DNA from: Balanoglossus misakiensis
Lineage: Eukaryota > Animalia > Hemichordata
DNA: 64,000 nt
Assembly: GCA_040954595.2 (NCBI GenBank)
Contig: CM082579.2
Span: 3,461,227-3,525,226 of the forward strand
Direction: 5' to 3'
The position numbers and the translations under genes were made by a program. Of this stretch, positions 37,601 through 51,500 are shown piece by piece. Below the pieces are notes generated by a model. That model worked only from the letters and a program-made list of their open reading frames with translations. It had not been told where the DNA came from and did no database searches. The number at the start of each line of letters is the position of its first letter. Position 1 is the stretch's first letter.

Positions 37601-39965
37601 TCTCCCTGACATGACACAACAGCTATGGGTATTCCAATATGTTGTATGTATCCTCCCTGATCAGTGGAGTGGGTATCTTCTGCCTGGGAGCTGGTCTGTC
37701 TGTCTACCATGGCATCACAGGGCTGATTGACCCGCACCCAATCGGCAGCCTCTTCTGGACCAGTTGTGTTCTGGCTGGGGCTCTAGTGTCCGAAGGAGGT
37801 AAGTGACCTCCATGCATGGGATATACTCAAAGAAAGTTTCGAGTCAAATTTGCTGATGCATGTATGTAGACATTTCTTCACACTGGGCCTGATAATGTGA
37901 TGCAGTCATTCTGAATTCTGACTCCCTTTGCTAGGAAAGTGGGTGTTGAAGGTTGTGGGCCAGAGTCCTCCTATATTACAAATACATGTACATTGTTGGT
38001 GATGTTCTTACTTGAAGTCATGCTCATATTTTTTTCTGTTTCAGCAACATTAATTGTAGCATACAACGCAATTAAAAAGAGTGCCAAAGCAAAAGGACAG
38101 TCCATGAGAAATTACAGTAAGTATAAATACTATAGTTGTTATAACTTTAGTCATTGTTCTCAGTATTCTCAATTCTATACTCTATTTCATCATATTCTCA
38201 TTTTTTCCCTTCTTAGTATATTATGCACGAGACCCTACAGTCAATGTGGTACTGCTTGAAGACTCGGCAGCTGTACTGGGTGTAGCGATAGCCGCCACCT
38301 GTATTGGTCTTACCTCAGTGACTGGCAATCCGGTCTATGATTCAATCGGATCTATCGCTGTGGGAGGGTTACTGGCCATGGTGTCGTCATTCCTCATATA
38401 CACCAATTCGGAAGTCTTACTGGGACGTGCAATACCCGAAGAGTCGCTGAGAAAAATCAGTGATGTCTTGGAAAATGATGTCATGGTTAGGTAAGTGTGG
38501 AGCTTGTGGATTGACCGTCAAAGCTGTTTTGCTGCCCCACTACATTTTTGGCTGACCCAGACTGTGAACACCCTCACGTACCTATATGTGCAAGATGAGC
38601 GTTTACGTCCACGAGATATGGAAGATCCCTTACATGTAGTATTGACTGACAAACAACACCAAATCTGTTCTCCCCCACAGAGGTGTACACGACATCAAAG
38701 CCACTGACATGGGTGTGAACACAGTGCGGTTCAAGGCTGAAGTCGACTTTGACGGCAGGGAAATTACAAAATCTTATCTGGATGAACAAGATATTCAGCA
38801 ACTTCTACAGGTAACGATCCAGGATTTCGACCCCATTTCCTTCCGTAGAGATCCAACTTTTGCCACAGAAAGTTATGCCATGACAATTTGTTGCTGAATG
38901 CACAACCCACTTGTCTGGTAGCCGGGGAGCAACTTATTCGCAAGACTGGGATGTACCCCATTCCAGCATTTTAAGAACACTCACCTACTCAATAAAATGT
39001 TGTCAAGTTGTCAGATTGTTGATACACCACCCTTACATTATGCAATGTTATCACCCGGGCTTTGTCATAAATGGCCACTCAGTGAGTACATACAATGACA
39101 GTCAATGATGAATGAGGGTTGTCAATGTTTAATAGAACAGTGCTAATTTATGCACTCAATTAAAAAAACTGTACATGACAGGAGTAATACACCTCTCAAA
39201 TGTCTCCTTTGACATTACATGTACTTGGCATTCACATTCTAGAGTGAAGGCTGCTTGCCTTTCATTTGGAAGGGCACGGTCACACCACGTGACCATGGGA
39301 AGGGTAATGATGTTATCACCTTGTTGGCTGCCCTTCAAAGCCTGGAAAGATAATCAGTGTTACCAGTTGTTGCTAGTGGGTCTAATTAGTCCGCGCTTCA
39401 CACCTTGTTGTCATATTATCCAAACCAAATGAAAGCCTCACAAGACCAAATTAAAAACACAGGAACGATTTATGTGGTTATTTCAAAGACACAGAACATG
39501 CAGGGAGGAACTGTCGGTCAACAATATTTGGAATTACCATTTCACATATGATTTGTTTTGCTTATTCGCATGATTTACAGGAAGTTCAGAGTTTTGAGTC
39601 GCTGGAAGAGATGGAGGCTTTTATGGTGAAACACGGCGAGAGAATTGTGGACCGACTCGGTGCTGAGGTTGACAGAATAGAGAGGGAATTGAAGGCAAGT
39701 AGATATTCAAAGTGTTCGATAATTAAAGGGCCAGTACTAAACAATGGCTGAAAATGTTGTTGTTTTTGTTCTGTGTATCAACCACAGAATCTTGGGCTAC
39801 TCATCCATTAAATTCCTGTGTTTTGGGGATATGTTCGTTTGTGTGGTGTTCATTGTTGTCATTGCCTGTGTGCTGATATTTGATGTAGCTAACTTTATTT
39901 TGAACATTTTAATTTTACAGAAACGCAATCCAGAAGTTCGTCATGTGGATTTGGAAGTCCTCTGA
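34614..39965 (+). CDS. SLC30A9: Zinc transporter ZnT9 (mitochondrial CDF family); 14 exons
   Basis: In-frame spliced exons encode a presequence-like N-terminus, NNTITATRAMKEYLLKSSDL..RRRSAY, VEARAMEVWGSKEA, GSGRVVLTAIAINGLNFIFKLGAWLYSGSASMFSEAIHSLADTCNQ, HPYGY, RDPTVNVVLLEDSAAV, DIKATDMG..VRFKAEVDFDGR, HGERIVDRLGAEVDRIERELKKRNPEVRHVDLEVL*. Confidence 0.95.
39695..39920 (+). other. GC-AG intron (last intron of SLC30A9)
   Basis: AAG|GCAAGT donor after ...IERELK is required to join in frame to KRNPEVRHVDLEVL at 39921. Confidence 0.8.
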
Positions 39966-41937
39966 TGATGGACAGCTGCCAAACTATAACGTCTTCTTTC
40001 AAAATCAAGAGTCATAATAATTGGTGGCTTGTGACAAATTCTTGTCACCATGACAACTGTTCTTCCAGCAACCCTCCAAGGTTCAGCCAATGTTTAATAC
40101 ATGTTACCCACCAGTTGAAAAAAACAGAAACACTGCTCATTTCAACACATACATAGATATACATGGATACATAATTGTTCAGGTACATACATATGTATGT
40201 ACGTACACACAAACACACATACATACATGCATGTCTACCTGCTCACAGGCACATGTACATGTATTGGGCAAATGTGTACATGCTCATGGAAATTCAGTGG
40301 TGCACATTTCTCTGGTTTGGTACACAGCACTACTTCTGTACTGGGGAATATTTCAACACACATTTAGCCTGAAAAGTTTCTTCATGTATAGAAGAAACTT
40401 AGCGAGCAAAAACCTATGACACAGATAACAGCAAATTTGGCAGATTTGAGATCGTTTGTCTCAAGTATGTGCAATCTTTAAAGGGGAAAAAAACGTGGTA
40501 ATCAGTGTCTGTCACAATAATGTGACATTCTGTGTATAAATTAAGAAGATGGATTTCTGGAACTGTTTTCTGATACATGTGATAATGTAAGTATTTCCAA
40601 TATGTGTTGCGAGAACTAGTAAATTGTTGCCCAAATAAATATTTAATCAAAATGTAATATCACCATGTACCTCCAATAACATCCCCTCTTCCCAATGGTA
40701 TGCATACTCATGTGTCTGCACATTTCTTGGAGAGATTTCAATGCTTTTATGCACAATTCTCTGAGACACATGGAGTCTTACTGTGTTTGCCCTGGGCTGA
40801 TGGGCACCAGATAGGTTGGTCCTCCCCCCCCCCCCCATCACCTCAAATTCATCCCCAGATAGTGAGCCCAACCACACCATGACGGCGCTTTCCACAGAAA
40901 CAAACCTTGAATCGGAATGGACGTAGATATCAGAATGGACCAAGATACAGACCGAATTGTTCACTCAATCATGGAGCTTCTACACTTCTTCAGCATCTGC
41001 TTCCCAAACATGGCAGTAGTCAGCGGGCAACATTTTTATTTCGGAGCGCGACTACTGGTACATTGGTTTGAGGGGAATCTGTGCCAGGTGGAGGGACAAG
41101 GACACCTTTTAGGACTCTTAAAGAACTGAAGTGATTTGTCTGCCAGTATTTGTCTCGTGTCCACCAATCAGTGATTTTCTATATATCTCTTCTTCGCACC
41201 ATGCAGTCAAGACCAACTTCATACCCGCACAACCATGGACATGGAACAAAGCAAGCGAAATTCCAGATACGAGCTGCACATACGGATCATGGTTTCACAG
41301 ATGTACCCACAGGTACATGACAAACAACAGAGAACACATCATTCACCAATATGTAATTTTTAAAAAGTTTATTTTAAATTTTGAATACTACCATTAAAAA
41401 CACTTGGGAATAATGACTTTACATATCCAAAAAAATACTACATTAAACTAAGCTTAACATTGAAAACACGCAAGTTTTTTTTTTTTAAATCTTGAAAATC
41501 CTTTTACAAAGCGCACATAATTTGCTTCAATCTTACAGATTTCCTCAACGGGACCAAAGGAAGAGACATTCATTTCCTAATCGGGCAGTGTCATAAAATC
41601 ACGACGCAACTGAATTTACTTTCATCATTGACTACAAAATATGACCCTGCAGTACTGCCACACAATCTATTTTCAGCTGACCTCAAAGGTTGAGGGAAAA
41701 CAATACTATACAGTTTTAACTGCATGTAAATTTTAAAGATTCATGCCGTCTTAAACACAATGACATTTCAAAAATCCAAAAAAATCACTGCATGTAAAAC
41801 ATTTGGATCCTTTTCAAAAAGCATTTTCTGCCTATGAGTATGGTTTCATAATATAATAATGACAAGGAGTATATAATATTTCCAATAAACAGGTAAAAGT
41901 TTCACTATAGATGATCTGAGAGGGGATTGTGGCCATT

Positions 41938-43067
41938 TTACTCTTCATCACTTTCTTCTTCGCTTTCCTCACTTTCCTCCTCCTCTTCCTCAGAGCTGGA
42001 TGTTTCAACCTTTTTGGGCACAGGTATTGCCTTCTTTGCTTGTTCGCCCTTAGCCTTTTTTGCCTTATAATCCGCAAGATCCTGCAAATAGTGAGAGAGA
42101 CAAATTAGTAAACCACATGCGAAGAATGCAGATGCAATGAATTCCCAAAATTTGATTCTTGATTGATTCATGACAAATCCATGCATCGAATGCTCTGGGC
42201 TTTCACAAGAACTGTCAATTCATGACCAACTTCAGCCCCATCAAATGTGACATGACACCATTCCTTGACAACTAAGGAAATGGACTGTCAGTTGAGTACT
42301 CACCTTTATATACTTCTGTTTACCCTTCTGTGCCTCTTTCTCATACCGTGACTTATCTGCAGGAGACACGTTTTTCCATGCGTCCCCAAGAGCCTTTGCA
42401 ATTTCGCCCACTGACCAGTCTGGATGTTCCTTTTTGACTTTTCCACGTTCGTCATTGCAGAACAAAAAGAAGGGCGACCTGGAAAGAATGTTTGAACAAT
42501 TGTGAGGGAGGAAGGCAGACAAAAAAAATCTATCTCCACTTTCATATTCAGTCTGTTTTTTATTTCAAAAAATATTCAACAAAATCTAAATCTGGATCAG
42601 AAAGAATCCTACGCATAGAATCTAAACTCAATCCACTTACAAGTTGCGTTTCGGTGCATCTGGGTCCTTGCGCTTACGCTTGCCCTTGGCCTCTCCCTTT
42701 GGTGGCTTGTAATGCTCCATTTCAGCCTGGTATCTACCCTTGTCTCTATCTGCCAGGTCGTGGAACACCTTCTTTTCCTTGTCGATCATTTTCTGAAAGC
42801 AGAGCATGTTGAAATTTTGAGTACAAGCCAACTCGGGTAGTCTACTACCCCCATAACTCTTTCACCGTCCCGCTTTGCTCCAAAACTATAAGGTCATACA
42901 ATAGTCAAGCTCACCTTCCACCTTTCGGCACATTTCTTAGAGAATTCTGCAAATTCAACACGACCCTCTGGGTACTGCTTCTTGTGTTCTATTCTGCATT
43001 GCTGTACGAAAAAGGCGTACGCAGACATCCTTCCTTTGGGCTTCTTGGAGTCCCGTGGCTTACCCAT
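41938..43067 (-). CDS. HMGB: High mobility group box protein HMGB1/2/3-like (two HMG boxes plus acidic tail)
   Basis: Exons 43067-42915, 42792-42641, 42478-42304 and a final exon ending at 41938: [66 protein letters not shown]..acidic tail. Non-coding 5' exon(s): acceptor at 43108, candidate donors at 44479, 44638, 44970. Confidence 0.96.
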
Positions 43068-46000
43068 GGTGCAGCTTCGAGACGACAGCCAAGAACAAGG
43101 TAAATATCTGGAAGAAAGAGGAAATACTATTTATCATACTGTTAATAAGTTGAAAATGTCACAATTCTGCCTCTGAGTTTTTTTTTACGAAGAACAAAAA
43201 CATACAGGTACTATCCATTATGATTCCATTTGACACTAGGCAAAGGCTGTCTGCATGAATTTAAAAAGCTTGAAATGCGTAATATAATTTTCAGTTCATG
43301 TTTAAAAAGGCTAGTCTGGTCACAAAAAATGAACAAGGGAAATTTGGGATTCCGATACCAAGTTCTAATAGGATGTACAGTTATAACCATGGACAGAGGC
43401 ATTTAGTGAGTATGGCCATCTTCAAGAAGAAACAAGCAGTACATACTGTGATACGGTAGAAAAATAAACCCTTTGCTCGAAAAATTAATAAAAATGCCTT
43501 TGATTCTCAATTTAAATCATTGTACACATTCAACAATATGCCATATGCACAACACACTACCTGCCCAAATAAATCCATATACCTGTGCCATTCATATGGA
43601 AATGCCCTGAATAACAACTGGACCACCAATTACAAAATTTGGGAAGAAAGACGAAATTTTCCAAAATGACCTGTAAAATGTGTCAAGGGACCATCTTACC
43701 CCCAGCATTAAACAAACAACATGTTTTCGAAACACAAGGGTTGGCTTGATAATTCGGTACTTGCAATCGAATGAGTCTACCTGCCCAGCTTGCTATGGTC
43801 CCACATTCAGCTACCCAAAGGATCGCCCAGAAATTTGAACAAGGAAAAAATTTTCTGACCCCATCAAATCACACGAACCGCCTCATTAACATTTGCAGAA
43901 ATGTCTAATTTCTTCAGCAATGTAACAGGAAAACGACAAACGGTTCAAAAATAACTTTTGGGAAACTTTGAAATTGGGTGCCTTGTGCTATGTATTAAGC
44001 CCGGTAGTGCCATGGGTAAAATGCAGTTTTTGTGTTTCAGACGTTTTTCACTTGTCAAACCAGACCGCGCATAAATTTTCCTGAAACGACAACCCACGAG
44101 ACAAAGAAAACTCCATCATGGCGGTTAAAACCGCCCAACGAAACAGAAATGATGAATAAAATAGACAGAATCAAGTTGAGAGATAAAACTACACACCAAG
44201 TATAAATTGTATAGTACTAGTGGTTTGCTATGGAGCGTTCAAACGCAGCTAGATCCCATACAAAATGCAGTCAATATGGCTATGGCGTCATGTAAAAACA
44301 TGGCTGGTTTTCGGAGGTCAAACAAAGCCAAAAAACAACGTCAGTAAACTGGTGATCTTTGGGCTTGTCAATGAAACACCCGCTAAAATTAATCTAAGAG
44401 GCGGAAAATGTGGGTTAAATTGAAAAATTATTGTTTTATAAGAAACCGCGTTTCGTTTGTTACTGGTTGGTAGACTTACATTGGATTCTATAGGCGACTA
44501 GAGGAGATTTTTTACAAGGGAGAAAATATGGGCGAAATTTTACACGGCTTTCTCCATAGGCATGACTAGACAAAGAACCTGTCAAATAAAATCGCGTAAA
44601 ACTCCAAAACTACACCATGAAAACCACTGAAAACTTACCAGTACAATAGAAAGGAGTGACAGATTGGGTCAGTTATAAGAAAATGAAGAATAAATGCAAC
44701 GGAAGAGCACAAAATGAAAATCGAAAAGACTTGGCGCGCACTCGCTGTTGTAAACCATTGACCTAATGGGCCGCCATTGCTGTCTGTGCAGTCCTATGAA
44801 GATATATTTCTGCAATTTTACATGACACTTTTCAACACGAAATAGAATCGCGTATAAACGAGCCTCAGGAAAAATTCTCGATAAAACCTAACCAGCGCAA
44901 ATCAATGCTTTGCAAAATTTTGTCTTTTTTTTCTGGAGAAAAAATACCCAAAATACAAAATCGTACTTACCTAGGTGGAAAGCAGTAGAGTTGTTTGCAG
45001 GGAGCTACAGTACGAGACCCACGCTACTTATGCAAAATAAGCTCCTCACTCAAGGTAACAAATACTTCGCGTCGATTGGCTAATTTGAACTTCCCGTAAA
45101 GTTTTCAACCAATAGCGTTGGAGCGCAGCCCAAAGCATGGATAAGTGATCAATAACCATGCAGGGACTGGCAGGGACTGGTTATGTTAATATTCACGTGA
45201 CTGAATTAGCGGGAATAGACACAAGAGACATGATTAGATGACAGATATGTTGTAAAATTATACTGGAGTCTGGGTAATCTCATAGGGCATATCTCCGTTC
45301 GACGTCATTGAAAAGGACTGATTCGCTGAAAAAAGTCAATTTCCCTGATTGTTTGGCCACCATGTAGTTTGACTATAATTTTCACAAGTAAATGAAGGTC
45401 TACCATGTTCATAAAACGCCGATACAGTCCGCATTTTATATACAGGAATAGGATAATTCCGGAGACAAGACTCGAAGTGACAGCGCAACTGAGTGTCATA
45501 TGAGAGTAAAAAAATATAGTACATGTAGTAATAACTAGACAATTAGCTTTAATTAATGGATCAACTATACACTTAGATCTTTTTCTTGTTATGTTTCAAC
45601 TTCTCTGCTGGGGATCTCTGTTTTAACTTTTATACTTTTCAGTCTTATTTATTTTCAATGTTTCTCCAAAACTTTAAAAATGGTCTATTACAACGATCAA
45701 CTTGGTATAAAGTGAGCGTCACCACAGACAATCTGTGCACTAAGATCGCCGTGAAAGAGGTGGGGAAGACCTACAACAATTTAATGTCGAAATTTATGCA
45801 TCTCTTCCTCATAAAGTACAGTTTTCTTGGACTATCTGTGCATAAAAATACCAAGTACCCATTGCCAACACACCTGCCTGTATTGTTATATAGATAAACG
45901 CAAGTCCAAAAAGTCCATGACTTGTTATGAATGAAATATCCCATGCATCGAAACCGCAAGATATGCCCGACTTCGATAACATATAAAATTTCAGTGTAAC

Positions 46001-47592
46001 TTTACATCTTCATCTGCAGGTCAAAAGGACGACATTGCATAGCAAACCAAATTAATGACTTTGGCAATCGACCACTGAGAAAAATGAGAGAAAAAAAAAA
46101 GTCTGAAACAAAAGTAATATAGTTTTCATGTGTTACAAACTGTATTGAACTTTAATAACAAAGTCACTTATCAAAGTAAGGAAAGCTTGTTCCCTTGATA
46201 AATTCCTCATTATATCATAATTTCCCTAAAAAAATCTTTGACTGGTAGCCTAAATGCAACGCATCATTGCAAGAAGTTAGTGTTGTCACGTCGGCGTTTT
46301 AAAAACAAGTGTGACACCCACACCGTAAAAGGAGGGCTATGCAACGACCAATCAAATACGAGTTTGGTGAGCACGTGACGGGTCACAGGTCTGCTTTGTG
46401 GACGTTACGGTCATCATACGTGTGTTCTGCAGTGTGCTGTGCTTATTTGCCGTGGTACATGGTGACGACTTATCGTAACTAAGGTACCGATATCGCAGTA
46501 TTGTGGACATTTTGACACCAGCAACAGTCCTGTGAGATTTCTTGATTCTTGTCGACACAGACGCCGACTCGGTTATTTTTCCGCACTCGCACACCGCGCT
46601 GCGTTGGGCTGGGGTTCGTGCGCCGCGCCGACAACATTGGCACGCGTGCGTGCGACTGGTTTTGAAGCCAATATTTTGTGAGAAAGCGAAGCTATCTTGC
46701 CAGTCGGCGTGATCAACAGCGGGCGTTACTGTCCCAAGTATCATTGAACTCTGTGTTAATTCCGAAGAGTTCTCTGATAAACCTGCGAACGATCGCTGTT
46801 GCTTCATCCAGTAACTGTTGTCGATTACCGGGAGGTCGAGGTGGGATAGGACGACTCGTGGACTGCACTGCGTCTGCGACTGTGACTGGAAAGCAGAGAA
46901 TTCAAATATTTCGCCAGTCTTCTGTACGGTACAGAAGTAACTGTATTTTATGGCTGTTGGGTCGGAACGGTAAGTTTTGACGTTTTACTAGTGATTTATT
47001 CGTACTTCCACATATGAAAACCTGTCCGACGGCGACGTGAAATGTACTGACTGACGGTTCACATTTGGCCATTGTTTATCATTTCGCTCGAAATGAACAC
47101 GGCCTTCACGCAGTAGATGTCCGGCCGCCATTCCATATGTAAACAATAGCAACGGCGACAACTGCTGTTCAATGTGCAGTTGCTGCTATTTTCTGCTTTC
47201 GTTTGTTATTGCCGTGGTTCGCCTGGCCATGCTGAGTATCTGTAGCGCAACCCTACCACTCCCCCGAGCTGAGCCCAGCTGTTTGTGTTGGGAGTGGTGG
47301 CGCGCAGGGCTACGCATCATCAGATGTAAAGTAAGTTTGCTGCAGTTTCATAGCCCCACAATAGTCGATTGACGATTATTGTGTTGCTTTTGGACGACCA
47401 CACCTCCCCGTCCATCACAAAATCGTCAAGCAGAGCTGTAGGGCTACGAAACTGCAGCAACGGTAAAGTAACTTAGAGTCACAGAGTCGAAGTTGTTAAA
47501 CCATCTTGCTTGGACTCTGATACATAAATGTGAGGTGATTGGTAGAGTACATCTATACTTATATTGATTTCCACAGCAACATACCAATGAAA

Positions 47593-48525
47593 ATGAATGG
47601 TTTCAGCACAGAGGAAGACAGCCGGGGTGGTCATGATCAGATCTGCTGTCTGGTGGATGACGGCGAGAGATGCACAAGGCCAGCCGGAAATGCCAGCTAC
47701 AGTAAACGCATCGCAAAGACGGTACAGCAGAGAAAGCTGAAACTGAACATAGACCACAGTGTAAGTGCTACAATCATCAGTAATTCCTTGGCAGATTTGC
47801 CATATGCTTTTTACCCCTCTGTAGTATAACTTGAAATTATGGGGTATTTGTGGAAATTACATGCATACAAAAGTTATGCCTGTCTTACATTAATTTTCTT
47901 CTTCTTCTGTCAACCATGCAGGTACGCCATATTTATATCTGCGACTTCCACAAAGGGGTGATTCAGAGCGTGAGAAGTCGGAAAAAGAGGAAAGAGGTGA
48001 GCGAAGATGATAATGGAGCTGCCTCACCTGACCATGATTACGACATGCCAGAGGTAAGTGGAGGTTAGCGTTTCTTTGAAAAGATGCAGAGTGTGGATTT
48101 CATAAAGCAGGAGAGGTTGTGGACAATTGACACAAATAACATGGGTTTACCCGTTTATCCATCTGCAGGTTGACTTGTTCCAGCTTCAGATGAACACTCT
48201 TCGGCGATACAAAAGGCATTACAAACTGCAAACCAGACCAGGACTCAACAAGGCACTCCTTGCAGAGGTCAGTGTAAATGATATCTCTTCACCTTCCCTT
48301 CAATAATACTTCAATCAATTGTTGCCAGTAATTTTAACAGAACTGACCATAGAGGGCAGCCTTCTCGCTGAGAGTAATGTGTATTTTTGTGTCCCATTTC
48401 AGACCATTTCCCGACACTTCAAGACGTTGCCAGTACAAGAGAAAGAGACACTCACCTATTTCATTTACATGGTGAAGAACAACAAAAGCCGGTTTGATCA
48501 GAAATCAGAAAGCAACATGAACTAA
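47593..48525 (+). CDS. SAP30L: Sin3-HDAC complex subunit SAP30/SAP30L
   Basis: Exons 47593-47760, 47922-48053, 48169-48267, 48403-48525: [128 protein letters not shown]. An in-frame ATG also lies at 47587. Confidence 0.96.
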
Positions 48526-51500
48526 CAGGGAAAAAATGCACACACAAACATTGCATAATCTTAAAGATGTCTTGCCTGCCTGTTTTTTATATGTTATCAA
48601 GAGTAAAAAAAGGGAATTATTTGGCATTGAAAGATGTAACCTCTAGCTGAGGTGCATTGATAATTACCAATCACAGACTAGTTTTCAACACCGCTGCAGA
48701 CCAGCCCCGATGTGTGTTAGTTACTGATTATCAACATGATAATCTGATTTAGCTGCCAGTGTCAAAAATGTGAGGTTATGCAAATATGTGTTTGTTATAC
48801 AAATATGTGTTTGCTCAGTTTTCCGTTTTGTAGGTTTTCTTGTGTACAAGTGCACTTTTCAGCTACCTTTGCGTCACGTGTTCTATGGTTAGTAACTGTC
48901 AGTCATAGAATTTAGAGGTTTTTTCAAACTATCACAGGAAATGTAGCCATCTTTTTGACACAAAATTGTAGTTTTAAATTCACTATCTCACCGTTACTCT
49001 TGAATACTCAACCATTCAGAGAAAATGTGTGTTCAGATGTATGAATGTGTTTAAACCCTTTTCTGTCTGTCTGTGTAGGTAGTAGAGTAGAACCATAACG
49101 ACAAAGGAACGTTCAGATACTAATGTTGAGGGCGTCGTATCTCTTTCTTGGCGTATATCAGGCAGCGATGGGCGGGGTACATGGTTGGGTCCTGTCTGTC
49201 ATATAGACGAAGATATACTAGCAATAGAAACGCCCATGCAGCAATTCGATGCACTATCGCCCTCTGTAGACAGTATGCCTGATGCTGTTTTCTTTCCGTG
49301 TCCAACGCCATGGAGCTGAAGTCGTAACTGGGAAGTCGGTTTTTGAATGTGTTGGCAGGGCGTTGTTCGATTGTCCCCAAGAACGGCTGTCCATTACACT
49401 TGTGGAAACCGACTGTAATAAGCGAAAAGAAAAGAAAGAATCTTTATTATCGGGTAAAATGTATCCAGTACTCCGGCAGTTATTGTCCGTACCACAGTCC
49501 TTCTTTCTTGAGGGACTGTGTCCGTACCAATCAAATATTATACCAAATAATCTGACATACTTTTATGTACTTTGTCCCCGTACTTGGCCATTTCCGGCCA
49601 GCTTTATCAACCTGCAATAAAATGACAAAGTTCAACTGACAGTTTTTGGGGTTTCCCACGTTTTTGGCGAGAAATCTGCCGTTGAAAGAAAAAAAATACA
49701 CGGCACCTTAATTGTTTGTACACTAACATTTCCTACATGGGGTTTTCCCCATAAAATTCCCCGTCCCACTGCTCGCAACAATACCTAGACACTTTGCTTG
49801 TCGTCCCTGTGACCACCTTATACACTTGCAAACTTGGTCGCCACAGGTAACTTAGCAACGGCCAATGTCGGCACCTTGCCTCGTGGAATATCCCAAGTTT
49901 GACGTTACAGGTGATCCATTGCACTGGTGACGTCATATGTGAGTTGTTTTTTCCAAAATCGCGTTTCCGGCAACCTGAACATTGATCCGTGCTTGGATCG
50001 TAGACTTTGATCGCCACCACTGGCTGGCTGGCTTCTCTGTCGCGACTGTGTGTATATTTCCTTGTTTGTACCGAATGGTACTATCACTAATCGAACTGTG
50101 ATATTTGACGTTTTGAAATGAAGAATACAATGTACATTATAAACAGTACACTCGCGAAATTAGTTACCGGTAATTAGCTAGCGGTGTGTTTGAATTTCCG
50201 GGTGTCTCCCATTTTGTAAGTGACATATGAAAAGTGTTCTCTAGAACAGTAAGTAGATGTACTGCAAAACGTTCCTATACGTACGTGCGCGCATTACAGT
50301 TATCTTCTTGTCTTGGGAGCAGACACCATGCAACTTTAGACAGACACACTGACTGTCCGAGTCTGACATAGACTCATGTTACCCCGGCCAATCATTATTA
50401 GTCTATTTTTTCTCTTCCTTTATGACTTATAATACTTTGTTAGTTACCATAAAAGCGTCTAAATGGCTTATACCTCTACTTAATTGAAATGGTGGTAATT
50501 TATCACTGCACTTTAAGGCGCTATTTTCTGCTTAACATGACTCATCTCTTCCCGGTAGCTAGCGGTCACGTGCCTTCCCCGGGATACCTGTAGTGCCTGA
50601 GTGACGCTAGGATTCGGATACAACTGATGCAAGAAACACGATCTGCCGCTGGAACCTCACACCTTTGTAGACACTCGGCTAAACCGTTTATCATGCAGTA
50701 ATTTCTATTTGGCTCAAAATTGTCCAACCCATTTGATCACAATCGATAGGCGGATTTCGTGGTCTTAAGAAGGAATGTTTATGGTATAAACGCGTAGGCG
50801 CGCGGTAACTCACTGCTTTTATATATTTCTATAGCACATTGTAATGGAGTAAAGTCCTTTGTGGAATTTGGTCGCTCCATACCGCACTTTTTGTGCGAAA
50901 TTTTCATCACAACTCCAACCGCCGAAATGTGTATTATCACAGTGCACGGTAGCACGCAGCTGTGATGTACCGGATCCACAGAGAACAACGTGTTGAACGT
51001 TCTTTCCCGATTTCAACCCAGTACACGTACTTTGACACGTTTCTGCTTATACTTATAGCCCAGTCCTACTCTTTTGAAACTTTAATATGTTTGTGGAGGA
51101 AAACTAAAATCGTCATGTTTAAAAGCCCAATTATATATAACTCAACTGTATCACATATGACTGACCTCATTGAACCTGGGGAGGTGTCCTAAGTTTGTAC
51201 ATAACGAATAAGGTGGAAGTACCGTGTTACCCCCCCCCCCCCCTCAAGTCTTTCATTCCGTTTGGCATACTTTGACATCTTCTGTATAAAACGCGTTTGA
51301 AAATCACGGATGAATCTTTAGCTTGTGACTTGACTTCTCCCCGCCCCCAAGTGACTTTCTGAACTTAATATTTCATTTCTGCATGATGTCGAAGTGAAAA
51401 GAAAACCTTGATTTTAAAAATCATAACGTCCACTGTTTTTTTTTCATTGTTCCTTGATTTAAAATTGTCAACCACGCGTTCCTCGGAAATTAAATCCCCC

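Noticed and set aside
38816-39580. Possible intronic C/D snoRNA (ATGATGA near 39105) in SLC30A9
   Set aside because: No properly spaced CTGA D box or terminal stem found.
49120-50130. Cluster of short ORFs downstream of SAP30L
   Set aside because: No recognisable protein motifs or consistent exon chain on either strand.
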